A stretch of DNA of 64,000 bases from Nemertoderma westbladi (lineage: Eukaryota > Animalia > Xenacoelomorpha), in the NCBI GenBank assembly GCA_032718475.1, contig JAUCBJ010007200.1, positions 62,001-126,000 on the forward strand, given 5' to 3'. Within the stretch, counting starts at the first letter, position 1. Each line of letters opens with the position of its first letter. Below the pieces are notes generated by a model. The model had not been told where the DNA came from. It made no database searches and worked only from the letters and a program-made list of their open reading frames with translations. The position numbers and the translations under genes are program-made. Of this stretch, positions 14,329 to 24,930 are shown one piece after another.

Positions 14329-14339
14329 ATAACTGTTAC
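14329..14339 (-). promoter_or_regulatory. Primer-binding-site position of copy A (GTAACAGTTAT), complementary to its own LTR at 15080-15090
   Basis: Abuts the LTR terminal CA and lacks TGG. Plus-strand ATAACTGTTAC (14329-14339) and GTAACAGTTAT (15080-15090; 5021-5031 in the 3' LTR) are exact inverted repeats. Confidence 0.8.
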
Positions 14340-15538
14340 TGTTCGCGCTTTTAAGACCTTTGGCAGTTTAACCCGCCAAATCTATATGTCTTCTTGGTTA
14401 TAAATCGACTTTAGCCTATGACAAGTATTTGACACAAATAAATCCAACATTAGCCGAAGCCAGTCTATGCGCGACCATTCACCCGCTGGATATACCCGGG
14501 AGACTGGATTCGGATGCTTTAATTTGATTGCGGTGCAGGCCTACCGTACTATTCGATTGATCGTTAATATATAATCTCTGACAAATATTATTCACTTTCG
14601 GGAAATATTAGCAGTTCCTTTAGGACGTGGCGCTCTATCTATATAAACAGAGCTATGGCTTACACTAAACACAACGGAATGGATTATAAGTTACACATAA
14701 GGCGCATTCTTTAGGAGATGCTTTGTTACGCGGACAAGCACATACAGACTATTGCACACCGCTGCACACTGAATTGCCGATAGTCACTGATTTTAATCTT
14801 ATATAAAGAGAATAGCAACCGACATTTGTAGGGCCTATAAAATAGCATTCAATTCACTACAAACCACGATAATATAAGTCGCAATTGCTATATGTAGCCG
14901 GTCTCTCTAACCTTAGTGTATCAAGAAGATCGGGGTTTCTGATCGTTTTATAGTTATTCTCCAAATAACAATATGCAAACGAATGATACATTTAATAACA
15001 AACAGCAAATAGCAGTAAATAATGTGCAATACGTACCGTACCGTTATGTGTTCTTAGTGTCTCGTACCGTGCCGTGCCGGTAACAGTTATGTGTTCTTAT
15101 AATTAAAGATGTTCTAATGTTGGAATAATTCAGAAATATTCCACGGCCGATGTTTCTAGGCTCTGGAAAAACCAACACACTGAACCCTGTGAGCTGCTGC
15201 AGGTAGATTTCAACACAGAAAGGAAAAGCTCTCATTGGCAGAGCATCAGATTCCACAGGTTCCACGAATGTCTAAATGCCTAACTATCAGGGTTTTTGCA
15301 GCCCTTGGCCAGCACACAAAATGAGTCACTCCGCTCGGTTGCTCTGGTTGCATACTCTGTTGTTATAGCTCTGGTTGGCCGATCGAACGTAACAAAGAGG
15401 CCGTCGCTAGGCAAATCAGCCAATCAGCCGGTAGCTTTCATCCTTTGAGTTAGGGAGCTTTTTAGAGTATTCCAGCGCCTTGGGGGGGAACTGGATTGCG
15501 GAGCAAAGGGCCAGTTATATCCCACAAAAGCTTTTACA
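14340..15538 (-). repeat. 5' LTR of BEL copy A
   Basis: Direct repeat of 4281-5479. Element strand starts TGTAAAAGC and ends GCGCGAACA. Confidence 0.95.
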
Positions 15539-15924
15539 ACCATGACGTATAATTTTAGAGTTATACCTTCATATGTCAGGGTTGCTCCGGCTAAAAAGAT
15601 AGTAAATATGAATATTGAATGATTATTTTCTGAAAAAATGAATATTCTCTAAGTTTTTTAATATTAGAAAAATATAAATTTAAAATACTTTCGCCAAAGA
15701 AATATATTGAAAAAAACGTCAGAATTACACACAAACCTGGTACTCGACCTACATTTTACAATTCACACGCCTTTGACCACTAGGCTATTGCGTCACGAGA
15801 TGTTTAATCCAACATATTCTTATAAGATTGTTATAAGAAAAATCAAATACATTTTCATAATAATATTGTTATTGACTGTACACAAAATACATACTCAGAG
15901 ACAAAATGAAAGAAACAATATGCA

Positions 15925-16230
15925 CTAATGATGAGGCGGATAGTCCGTGAAGCACGAAACACAAAGCCCAGGTTTATCAGGGCATACAGCACAAACATAT
16001 TGGGATTTTTTAACCTTTTTGTTTCTCCAGCATACTCGACACCGCTTTTGCTTTTACTTTTTAGTTTTACTTTTTGAGTTGGTTCAATATTGACGGAAAT
16101 ATAACCTCCCTTTATGCAGAAGCAAAGACTCATCAAGTGAGAGCTCCTTTGAGCTGATGAAGACTGCGACAGCCTTATGAATTTCATCCATAAAGTCTTT
16201 CAATCGTGTAGTCTTATCATCCTTATCAAA
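15925..16230 (-). pseudogene. piggyBac transposase fragments (first catalytic-D region joined to the C-terminal Cys-rich domain)
   Basis: Manual minus-strand translation gives ...KELSLDESLLLHKGRLYFRQY* (piggyBac DDD-core motif) and KRCRVCWRNKKVKKSQYVCAVCPDKPGLCVSCFTDYPPHH* (16047-15925, piggyBac C-terminal zinc finger). Confidence 0.8.
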
Positions 16231-16255
16231 ATCATTTGGGGAATCACAACAGGTG

Positions 16256-17519
16256 TGTAAAAGCTTCTGTGGGATAGAACTGGCCCCTTTTGCTTCGCAA
16301 TCCAGTTTCCCCCCAGGCGCTGGAATACTCTAAAAAGGTTCTCTAACTGTACATATATTCCCCTCGCCCGCAAGGTACCGTTACAGGTGTTTTAACGGAC
16401 ATAAAAGTCATTCTGCTATATACGTGTTTTAGCGGACATAGTAAGGCAAAAAACCTGCAATGCACCAAATGCCTTTCACAGCTTGGCCGTGATGATTCAT
16501 ATTACGACATCTAACAGCCGGTTGCTGACATGGAAACAGCCATTGGACGCATGGTTCTTTGTTTGGCTTGAGCCAATCAGAGCGATTTTTCCTGTCGACG
16601 TGTAGCTTTTCGGCCGATCATAAGGAGAGTGTTCAGTCTTACTGTTTTTACTTGATACTTTGTGTTATTGCTATCTAGGCCAGGAACAACGGCTCTAGAG
16701 TCAATTCGTTTTCATACTTTAGAAGAAACATTAGTAGGCTTAAATTATAGAGCGTATGACTGTTATCAATTCATATCAATGCATAACAATACTTTGTTCA
16801 CATCTTGTCATATCATATCTTAACTTACCGTCTTAATGCTGTTTACTGTTGTGTTTTGGTTGAATATTATTTGGAGAACATATATAAAGAACCCAAATTT
16901 CCCAATTTTCTTGATACACTACAGGTTAGAGAGGCGGGTTATATATAGCGATTGCGACTTATAATGTTGTGGTTTGTAGTGAATTTACTGCTATTTGATA
17001 AGCACTACATTGGTCCGTTGCTGTTCTCTTTATATATGATAAAAATCATTGACGGTCGGCAAATTAGTGGGCAGTATTGTGTGTTACCGGTAGTGTGCAT
17101 GATTGTGATGGATAACTAAGCATTTCCTAAAGAATGCGCCTCATACGTGAATCATAAGCCTTACCGACTTAACGTTGTGATTAGTATAAGTCATATCTCT
17201 GTTTACCTAGATAGAGCGCCACGTCCTAAAGGAACTGTTAATATTTCCCGAAAGTGAATAATATTAGTCAGAAATTATTTATTAACGATCAATCGAATAA
17301 TACAGTACAGTAAGCTTACACTGCAATAATAATCTAAGCCCTCAGAATCCAGTCTCCCGGGAATATCCAGCGGGTGAATGGACGCGCACTAGGCTGGCTT
17401 CTGCTAATGTTGTGTTTATTGGTATTAAATATTTGTCATCTTCTAAAGTATATTTATAAACCAAAAGACATATAAATTTTGGCAGGTTAAACTGCTAAAG
17501 GTCTTCAAAAGCGCGTACA
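16256..17519 (+). mobile_element. Solo LTR of the same BEL/Pao family (third LTR variant)
   Basis: TGTAAAAGC...GCGCGTACA flanked by TSD AGGTG (16251-16255, 17520-17524). 5' end resembles LTR A; the 3' block ATAGAGCGCCACGTCCTAAAGGAACTG is shared with A and B. Confidence 0.93.
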
Positions 17520-19129
17520 AGGTGAAACCATCCGCCACCTTTTACAACGTCTGATTGTCTCCATGTGGAATTCTGGCATATGGCTACGCCTAATCTCCAC
17601 TGTACATACCCATGTGGATGGTGTCCTCTAAGGGATATCTTAGCGTAAGATTAATAAATAATATGTTCCTTTCTTTACAATACTGTCTAATTCTCAATTA
17701 TAACACTATTAAAATCGGGTTATAAAATTTCTACAAATAAAGCGAAGTATTTGTACAAACCCTCTCCTCTCTAAAATCTAAAATTTTTAGCGAAAACTAT
17801 TGATTTTGGCACTTCACTCTGGGGGTGCTACGACTGCTGCCTAGGCTGAGACGACTGAAGAGTGTTCTCAGCCTAGGCTGAGATGACTGGGGAGTCATTT
17901 CAAGAAGGAGTTATCTCAGCCTTGTACACTGGCCCCCCAAACTATCAGAGCCAACAAAGGAGGGTGGTAATTTCTGTCGTCTTAAGGCTGATAGCTAAAG
18001 CGGTCGGTGATATATTGGTATCTGGGTTAGCGAAGTGCATTCGCATATAGGGATAATCCCGTAACAATCGCTCAGTTATGAAATGAGGGATTTGGTTGAA
18101 TTTCAGGGTCGATGGCTCGGAGATGAAAATCTGTAATTTTGCATGATTTATCCCCCTTGTGTAACGTCCACAGTGTGGACGTTACACAAGGGGGCTCCAC
18201 ACCACACTCCATCACCCACAGGGCTTTCAGACTTCTTCCCGAATTAGCTAAGAAACAAGGTGGGCTGAAAGCGTAAAGGCCTGTATAGGTCGGTTCCGTA
18301 ATAGTTGAAAGTTACAGATAACTAATATATAGCAAATTCTAAATAAATTTATATTTCTGATAAATTATATTCATTTAAATATTGAAGTATATATATTACT
18401 ACTACACAGTTATTATCAAGTCAAACATTGTCGATAAATTTAAGTTACTGATAAATAATAGCCCGTCATATGAGTATATTGATAAACGATTTCGAAAAAT
18501 ATGTTACTTACTGATATTTAATATTCTGTTAATTCTTGATAAATTAAAGTTTCTTATAAATATTATCTAGTTGCTTATAAATAAATATAACATACTGATA
18601 AATAATACGCACTTATTTATTGAAGTATATAAATTTTATTCTTTTGTAATATCAATATTGTAATATTGTAATTACATACAATTAATATTGTAAATACAAT
18701 AATTGTAATATCAATATTAAATTTTGCATTTCTTGATGAAATTAAGTTACTAATAAATATTATCTAGTAACTTATTAATAAATAGCATGTGCTGATAAAT
18801 AATATATAATATTTACTAAAGAAATGAAAATTATGAATAAATAATATACAGTTAAATGTTGAAGTGTATAATATATATTATATATATATATATTACTCAT
18901 ATATCATTCCTTTCATTTTGAAACCACCTTATGCCATTTATGCAATTTTAGCCTAAATGGAGATTTCTGCATTTCTTTATGTTAAAATGTATTCTGAATC
19001 CGATTAACACACATATAAGGCCAAACTCCCACTTATAACAATTGTTTCAAAACCACCTATATGCCAGTTTTGCGTAAACCGCTTGATAAATAATTTTTTT
19101 TAAACAACCTATATACGGCCTACCGCAGC

Positions 19130-20990
19130 CCATTGATTATAACCACTTCTATCAATCTGGACGGAGACGCAATACAAGTGTTGCTTAGAAAGCGTTCAAA
19201 GCAACTCAAACATGTGCCCAAGGCATCCAGAGCCAACTTTGCAGATCTACTATCTAAGGCACTTACATCCATTGCCTCAGATACATCGTTGGTTGAAAAC
19301 TGGATGGAGCGTTTTGTTATAGGCTACCGCTGCATTGCAGCCCCTAAGTGAGGAGGAAAGCGGCAACAGCACTCACTCACTGGCATCCCAAGTGATGGGA
19401 ACATCTCCGACTTCCGCACACACCATTTCTGCCCATCTGCCACGGATGATAACAGTAGACCTACTCGACGTAAACCAGATCAGGATAACTTACGTATCAC
19501 CACAGCAGTGTCTGAGAAAATCGAGGATGGGGATGTAAAGGGGGCCATTCTGCAAGCCCTGAGGACGAAGCATCCATCAGGTCCCTCATATAGAAGAGAT
19601 TCCCCATCTCCAGTAGAGGAGACTACAATACCCTGTTCACCACAAGTACTTCGAAAGCTAATTGGCTCATTCCCAAGTGGCAGTGCAGGAGGGCCAGATG
19701 GAATAAGACCCCAAATTCTGAAGGACCAAATCGCACAAAACAATGGAGAGTCATCGACGCAGCTACTCACTTCTCTTAATAAGTTCGTAGATACGGTGGT
19801 CGCCGGAAAAATACCAGGATAAATTCATCCGATATTCTTCGGAGCCAATCTGTGTGCATTTACAAAGAGTTCTGGGGAATAAGACCAATCGCCGTGGGAA
19901 TGACTCTGCTCCAAATATACAGGTTCATTAGTTAAAGAGCAACGATCAGCATCGTATGGAACCATTCAGCTTGGAATAGGGACCAAGAATGGTGGTGAAG
20001 CAGTGGCTCATGCCACCAGGACTTTTGTCCCAACACACCATGACAGTAGTTCAGTGCTGCTAAAAGTTGATTTCAGTAATGCTTTTAACACCCTCCTTCT
20101 CGAGATGATCCACGAGAACTACCCAAATATCTACAACTATACCAGGGCAGCTTATGGCGACTAAAGTTTCCTCATCCATGGAGAGACACTGCTTCGCTCC
20201 AAAGAAGGGAGATACCGAAGGCCCTGCCATTTTTGGGGACACCACAAACAAGCTAAACCACTCCATGGAATCAGAATTCAATATCTGGTAACTCGATGAC
20301 GGTAATGTGGTGGACAGTTACAAGGTTGTCGGACAACACTTTCGCACAATCATCATGGAGGGGAAGAAGTGCGGGCTCATGCTAAACACGAGGAAGTATG
20401 AGCTGTTTTTCCTTGGGAATCTATCCACAGAAGAGCGCAGTTCACACCATCTGCCTATCTGGCTACAGCGGCTGCTTGCAGGCCTTTATCCAGTCTCCTC
20501 TACAACCCAGAGAGTTCCCACACTGCCCTTACAGACACCACCTCCACCACTCCCTCACTCAGACCTCCCTCACTGTAGCGATCTTATCTCGCTCAACGCC
20601 CTGAGTCTCTGGGACTCCTCCATTGCCCCAGATACCGCCTGACCAACCAATGGGAAGCTTCCTGGACGATGCCAATCCACCAGAGGAACCTTGCTTCTCT
20701 CCAGGAAATCGCATCCCAAACTGACCTCGCCTGGTTGAATGTCCTGGAGGATCCGATCCCTGGCTGCTGGATTGACGCGGTCCCAATATAATCCATGGGG
20801 CTTAAAATCACCGATGCCCAGCTTTGCATTTCCGTGGCAACCTGGGATGCAAGGTGACGGAGCAGCACAGCTGCGTCTGCTGCAGTAAACTAGTGAAACC
20901 CGAATCCTCGAGCTGATCCTCATCGCGATCTTAATTGGAAACACTGCAAACATACTGGGATCCGAAGAACTATACGACATCCTGGAGGGG
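19130..20990 (+). pseudogene. Degraded CRE-clade non-LTR retrotransposon (RT region)
   Basis: Fragments GSAGGPDGIRPQILK, FFGANL, IRPIAVG, LKVDFSNAFN, W*LDDG with many stops and frameshifts. The 3' part is homologous to 39780-39910. Confidence 0.75.
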
Positions 20991-21123
20991 TAGAGTCTCT
21001 GTAACTTACTTCTTCGCTATGAAGATTGTTTATTCATTAATATGGAGGCTTTAGATGAATTAGTGGCGAATGTTGTTGCAGCGAGGCAAAGATATGAGGA
21101 CACGTTGGTAATTCAATAATACA

Positions 21124-21424
21124 CTACTACTAGGATCGGCATGCTGCATTGCAGCTGCATTTTTAAGAATGCTGTGTCGGCTTGTCGACAAAATTGCGCT
21201 GTCACAACTCCCTATCACCCATGACATTTGCTAGATCATCCGCATCTCCTAAGCCAGTGTCCTATAAGATGCGTCTCAAGAAAGTCATGGGCTGTCTACC
21301 ATGCTTATTCACTCCATGAGGCTGCCAAAGTACAAGATTATGCACTGGCTAGTCCTCACGGCGAATGCAATGTCCTGAAAGCGGAGGCGACTTTGTTCTA
21401 GAGTCAAGCTTGGGGGAACCAATG
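21124..21424 (-). mobile_element. 3' end of RTE-type LINE copy 1 (left part, split by BEL copy B)
   Basis: Reverse complement of ~44846-45146, including the (TAG)n tail. Joins 37513 seamlessly across TSD CAATG. Confidence 0.9.
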
Positions 21425-22672
21425 TGTAAAAGCCTTTGCTGAATTGCCCCGTTATTTTATTATCTTTTACATTAAAATACTCTGTAGTTGATTTAATAGG
21501 TGTAAGAGACCGTATTATTGCTGTATCGGTGTTTTTTAGAGGATCTAAGAGCTATTTCCTCCGTATGTGTACTGTGAAAGGCATAGTTGATGATTCTATG
21601 GCAATTCCGTGACGCAAAAGGTGATAGCTACTCTTGAACAGTAGTTACTATGACGACGGTTAACAGCTGATATTCATACGTGTTGATTTTCTTTGTTCTA
21701 CGGCGTCTCTCAGTTCAGTCAGCCAATCAGAGCATTTTTATGGCTCTTGTACAGAAATTTCCTAGAAATCACGCAATGCGTTATGGGCAGTGTTTACATT
21801 CTGTCCTGAGCCAGGAGAGAGCGGCTTGGGAATATTTTGTGCTTTTCTGTTTTAGCCTAACACTAGTAGGCTTAATTATAAGGACATATATCCGTTATCA
21901 AAACAAACTAAACAAACCACGGCACACTGGCCACTGGTTAATTGGCCCATACTCAATCAACGCAACATACCTAATCTAATATACCTGTGCATACTTTTAT
22001 ATTGTTATACTGCTATTTACTGTCGGTTCTTCATAATATGGTTGATGACTTATTATATTTGGAATAACGATAAATAACCCCGAAACCCAATATTCTTGAT
22101 ATACCAAAGGTAAGAGAGAAAGGTTACATATAACGATTGTGACTTATGTTAAAGTGGTTTGAAGTGAATCTAATGTTATTTGATAGACCCTACATGATTC
22201 GGTCTGTGTTCCTTTTATATGTGACTAAAATCAGTGAAGATCGGCAGATCAGTGTGCAGTATTGTGCAGCGTTGTGTATGAGTGAGACTGATAACGAAGC
22301 ATTTCCTAAAGAATGCGCCATATATGTGAATTATAACTAAGCCATATCGTTGTGAGTAGTTTAAGTCATAACTCTGTTTTTATAGATAGAGCGCCACGTC
22401 CTAAAGGAACTGTTAATATTCCCCGAAGGTGAATAATATTGTCAGAGATTATATAATACTGTCAGTCGAATAATACATTAGGCTTACATAGCAATAAGAT
22501 TAAGCCGTCGAACCCAATCTCCCGGGTATATCCAGCGGGTGAATGATCGCGCACAGATTGGTTTCGACTAGTGTAGTGAATCAAATACTTGTCAGAGGCT
22601 AAAAGTGATTTATTATCTAAAAGACATCCTAATTTGGCGGGTTAAACTGCCAAAGGTCTGAAAGCGCGAACA
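21425..22672 (+). repeat. 5' LTR of BEL copy B
   Basis: TGTAAAAGCC...GCGCGAACA; repeat of 36265-37512. CCAAT-like AGCCAATCAG at 21721 is conserved in all three LTR variants. Confidence 0.97.
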
Positions 22673-22683
22673 ATAACGGATAT
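22673..22683 (+). promoter_or_regulatory. Primer-binding-site position of copy B (ATAACGGATAT), complementary to its own LTR at 21888-21898
   Basis: Abuts the LTR terminal CA and lacks TGG. Exact reverse complement of ATATCCGTTAT at 21888-21898 (36728-36738 in the 3' LTR). Confidence 0.8.
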
Positions 22684-23041
22684 CGCTTCTTTATTGCAGT
22701 AAGCAATAAAGTTGAAAGTACCGGTCAACCGGTAAACCTGAACGGTACATCTGTGGGTCAGTAGGCCCAACTGCCAGAACCGGTACTGCTGTAGGCCCGT
22801 AGGTCCAACTGCCAGAATCGGTACTTCAGTAGGTCTGTAGGCCCAACTGTCCTAACCGGTACTTCTAGTATAAGTACATTAGTATTATTCGATTTGATTA
22901 TTGCATACCGGTAGGCTGTTTAAGAGATTAGGGACTGTACACCCCTTGTTTCTTTTGGAGCTTACTTATTTCTGTCAGTTTTATTTATTTGTAGGCCAGT
23001 ATTGAACAGAAGGCGTGTAAGCCTGATCATATTGTACAGAC

Positions 23042-23610
23042 AATTTGTAGGCTGAGCTGTTGTCTGATTGCTGTTAAGTCTGAATGGATTGCAGTGTGTG
23101 TAGATCACCTGTCCGATAAAGAACGGTTAGGAAGTAGGGGCAGCCAAAGCTGTAAGGTAAACCCCCATCTAAAGAATAAGTCGTACTACTGGGTTAGAAC
23201 GCATACTACCTAATCATTTCGGAGTCTGCATGTCCTGTAGTTTATTTAGGCTTGAGAGTAGTCTGCCATCGTTTAGTCTGTACTTTGTTTGTGTAGTCTG
23301 TACAGGTAGCGTATAATATTTATTTAGATAATTTGTAGGCTGGATAGTTGTCTGGCTGTTGTTAGGTCTGAACGGATTGCAGTGTGTGTAGAGCCTCTGT
23401 CCGATAAAGAACGGTTAGGAAGTAGGGGCAGCCAAAGCTGTAAGGTAAACCCCCATCTAAAGAATAAGTCGTACTACTGGGTTAGAACGCATACTACCTA
23501 ACTATTTCGGAGTCTGCATGTCCTGTAGTTTATTTAGGCTTGATAGTAGTCTGTCAGTATTTGGTCTGCATTTTGTTTGAGTGGTTTGTACGCGTAGCGT
23601 AATATTTATT
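23042..23610 (+). repeat. Two ~290-bp tandem units in the BEL 5' leader
   Basis: AATTTGTAGGCTG at ~23042 and ~23330. The same duplication is present in copy A (~13470-14055). Confidence 0.85.
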
Positions 23611-24930
23611 ATTCAGAGTTTATGCGATTATTCGCAACATTCATTCCCCAAGTTTGTTCCTACAATAATTGTGTTTGTTATACATACCGCTATAGTTAAA
23701 TTAACCCCGGTACTACACGGGCTGCTTGGCGTAGGTAAAGACTAGTGATTTTGTGCACTGGTCACTCCAGCAGATGCCGTGGTTCTTTTAGCTGTTCAAG
23801 TATATTTAACTACTGATTATATGTTGTACAAGTACTCGTACCTAATTTAGGGTTTAGTGTACAGTGCTTTCCGAAAGTAATTAGTGTAGACATTATATTT
23901 GTGTTGTAAAGTGGTTGATAGGCACGTTCGATTAGCTCTATTAACTTCTAGGTAGGAACACTCCGTGATACATAACGTAGTACCTATAGCGATACGGCTA
24001 TAGGTCGTCAGGCGGTGGTATTTTCCTATCTGGACAACGCAGTGTATTTACTACTACGTATTATTTTCAAATACCGCAGTACCCTGTCCGTTGTAATAAC
24101 CAGAATTCTAACCCTTTGTTAGGCTGGTTTGTAGACTTCTTGTAAAATTACCCTGAAAATTCGTATTTTGTGTTTTTTGTAAATTTTTGTGTTTATTTAG
24201 AGATTGTAATCTCACCCGAATTGTACGTAATTTGTAGTATTAAGTAACTTAGGTAAATTAGCATTATTTGTTTTAGTGTCCTATAAGTAACACTTCACTG
24301 AAAGCGCACCGCTTTGTGTAGTGATTACTCCCCAGAAATAATAACATTTATTTCAAACATTGACAAAACCCATTAAAACGGGTATATATATATTATAAAT
24401 CAAATCTAACGATTTATAAATAGTAGGCCTACCATACAACCATTAGGTCTCAATATCAGTTGGACTACTGCTCAAATAACGGTAACAAAGTAAGTAAAGT
24501 AACCAAGTAACCCTAAAATTCAGAAATTCAATTATTTAAAATAATTGATATACCGGTATTTACGATAGGCCTATTATCTTTATTTCTATAAGTTTCGACT
24601 GAAATTATACCGGTACTTGTAATTAATTCTAGTCCAGAATTATATATACTACAAACTGTAAGCTGTATACCGGTATTCCCGATAGGCCTATTATATATTT
24701 ATATATTTGTGCTAAAATTATACCGGTATTCTGTGATAAACCTAGTCTGTAATAATACTTATATAGTTATATATACTATAAAAGCATACCGGTATTCTAA
24801 TATAATATATATATCATGCTACACTGAGTAGCAGTATAGGTAATTAATTACTAGGCTAGCAGTTAATACTGAATTACTAGACTTGCTCAGACTGTAATAC
24901 AGCAGTAGACATTCAACTGTACACATAAAC

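Larger units (their letters stand above)
4281..15538 (-). mobile_element. BEL/Pao LTR retrotransposon copy A (non-autonomous; RT, RNase H and integrase deleted)
   Basis: Two 1199-bp LTRs (TGT...ACA) with about 6 mismatches. 5-bp TSD ACCAT at 4276-4280 and 15539-15543. Gag/protease homologous to copy B. Confidence 0.95.
4144..18278 (-). mobile_element. Internally deleted piggyBac DNA transposon remnant, interrupted by BEL copy A and the solo LTR
   Basis: TTAA (4140-4143) followed by CCCTTTGCGGCCCAG, a piggyBac-type end. Possible decayed opposite end TGGGCTGAAAGCGTAAA at ~18261-18278 (uncertain). Transposase fragments lie between the two ends. Confidence 0.6.

Noticed and set aside
15926-15962. 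Hammerhead-like ATGATGAG..hairpin..GAAAC
   Set aside because: Core is not CTGANGA and GAAA does not follow stem II; it is the antisense of the piggyBac Cys-rich coding region.
21680-22340. Duplicated small ORFs in LTRs (also 36520-37180, 4985-5206, 15044-15265)
   Set aside because: They recur only because LTRs are duplicated and are not conserved between LTR variants.
22682-22690. ATCGCTTCT, identical to the U2 snRNA 5' end, next to the PBS
   Set aside because: Same sense rather than complementary, only 9 nt, and altered in copy A (ATAGCTTCT).
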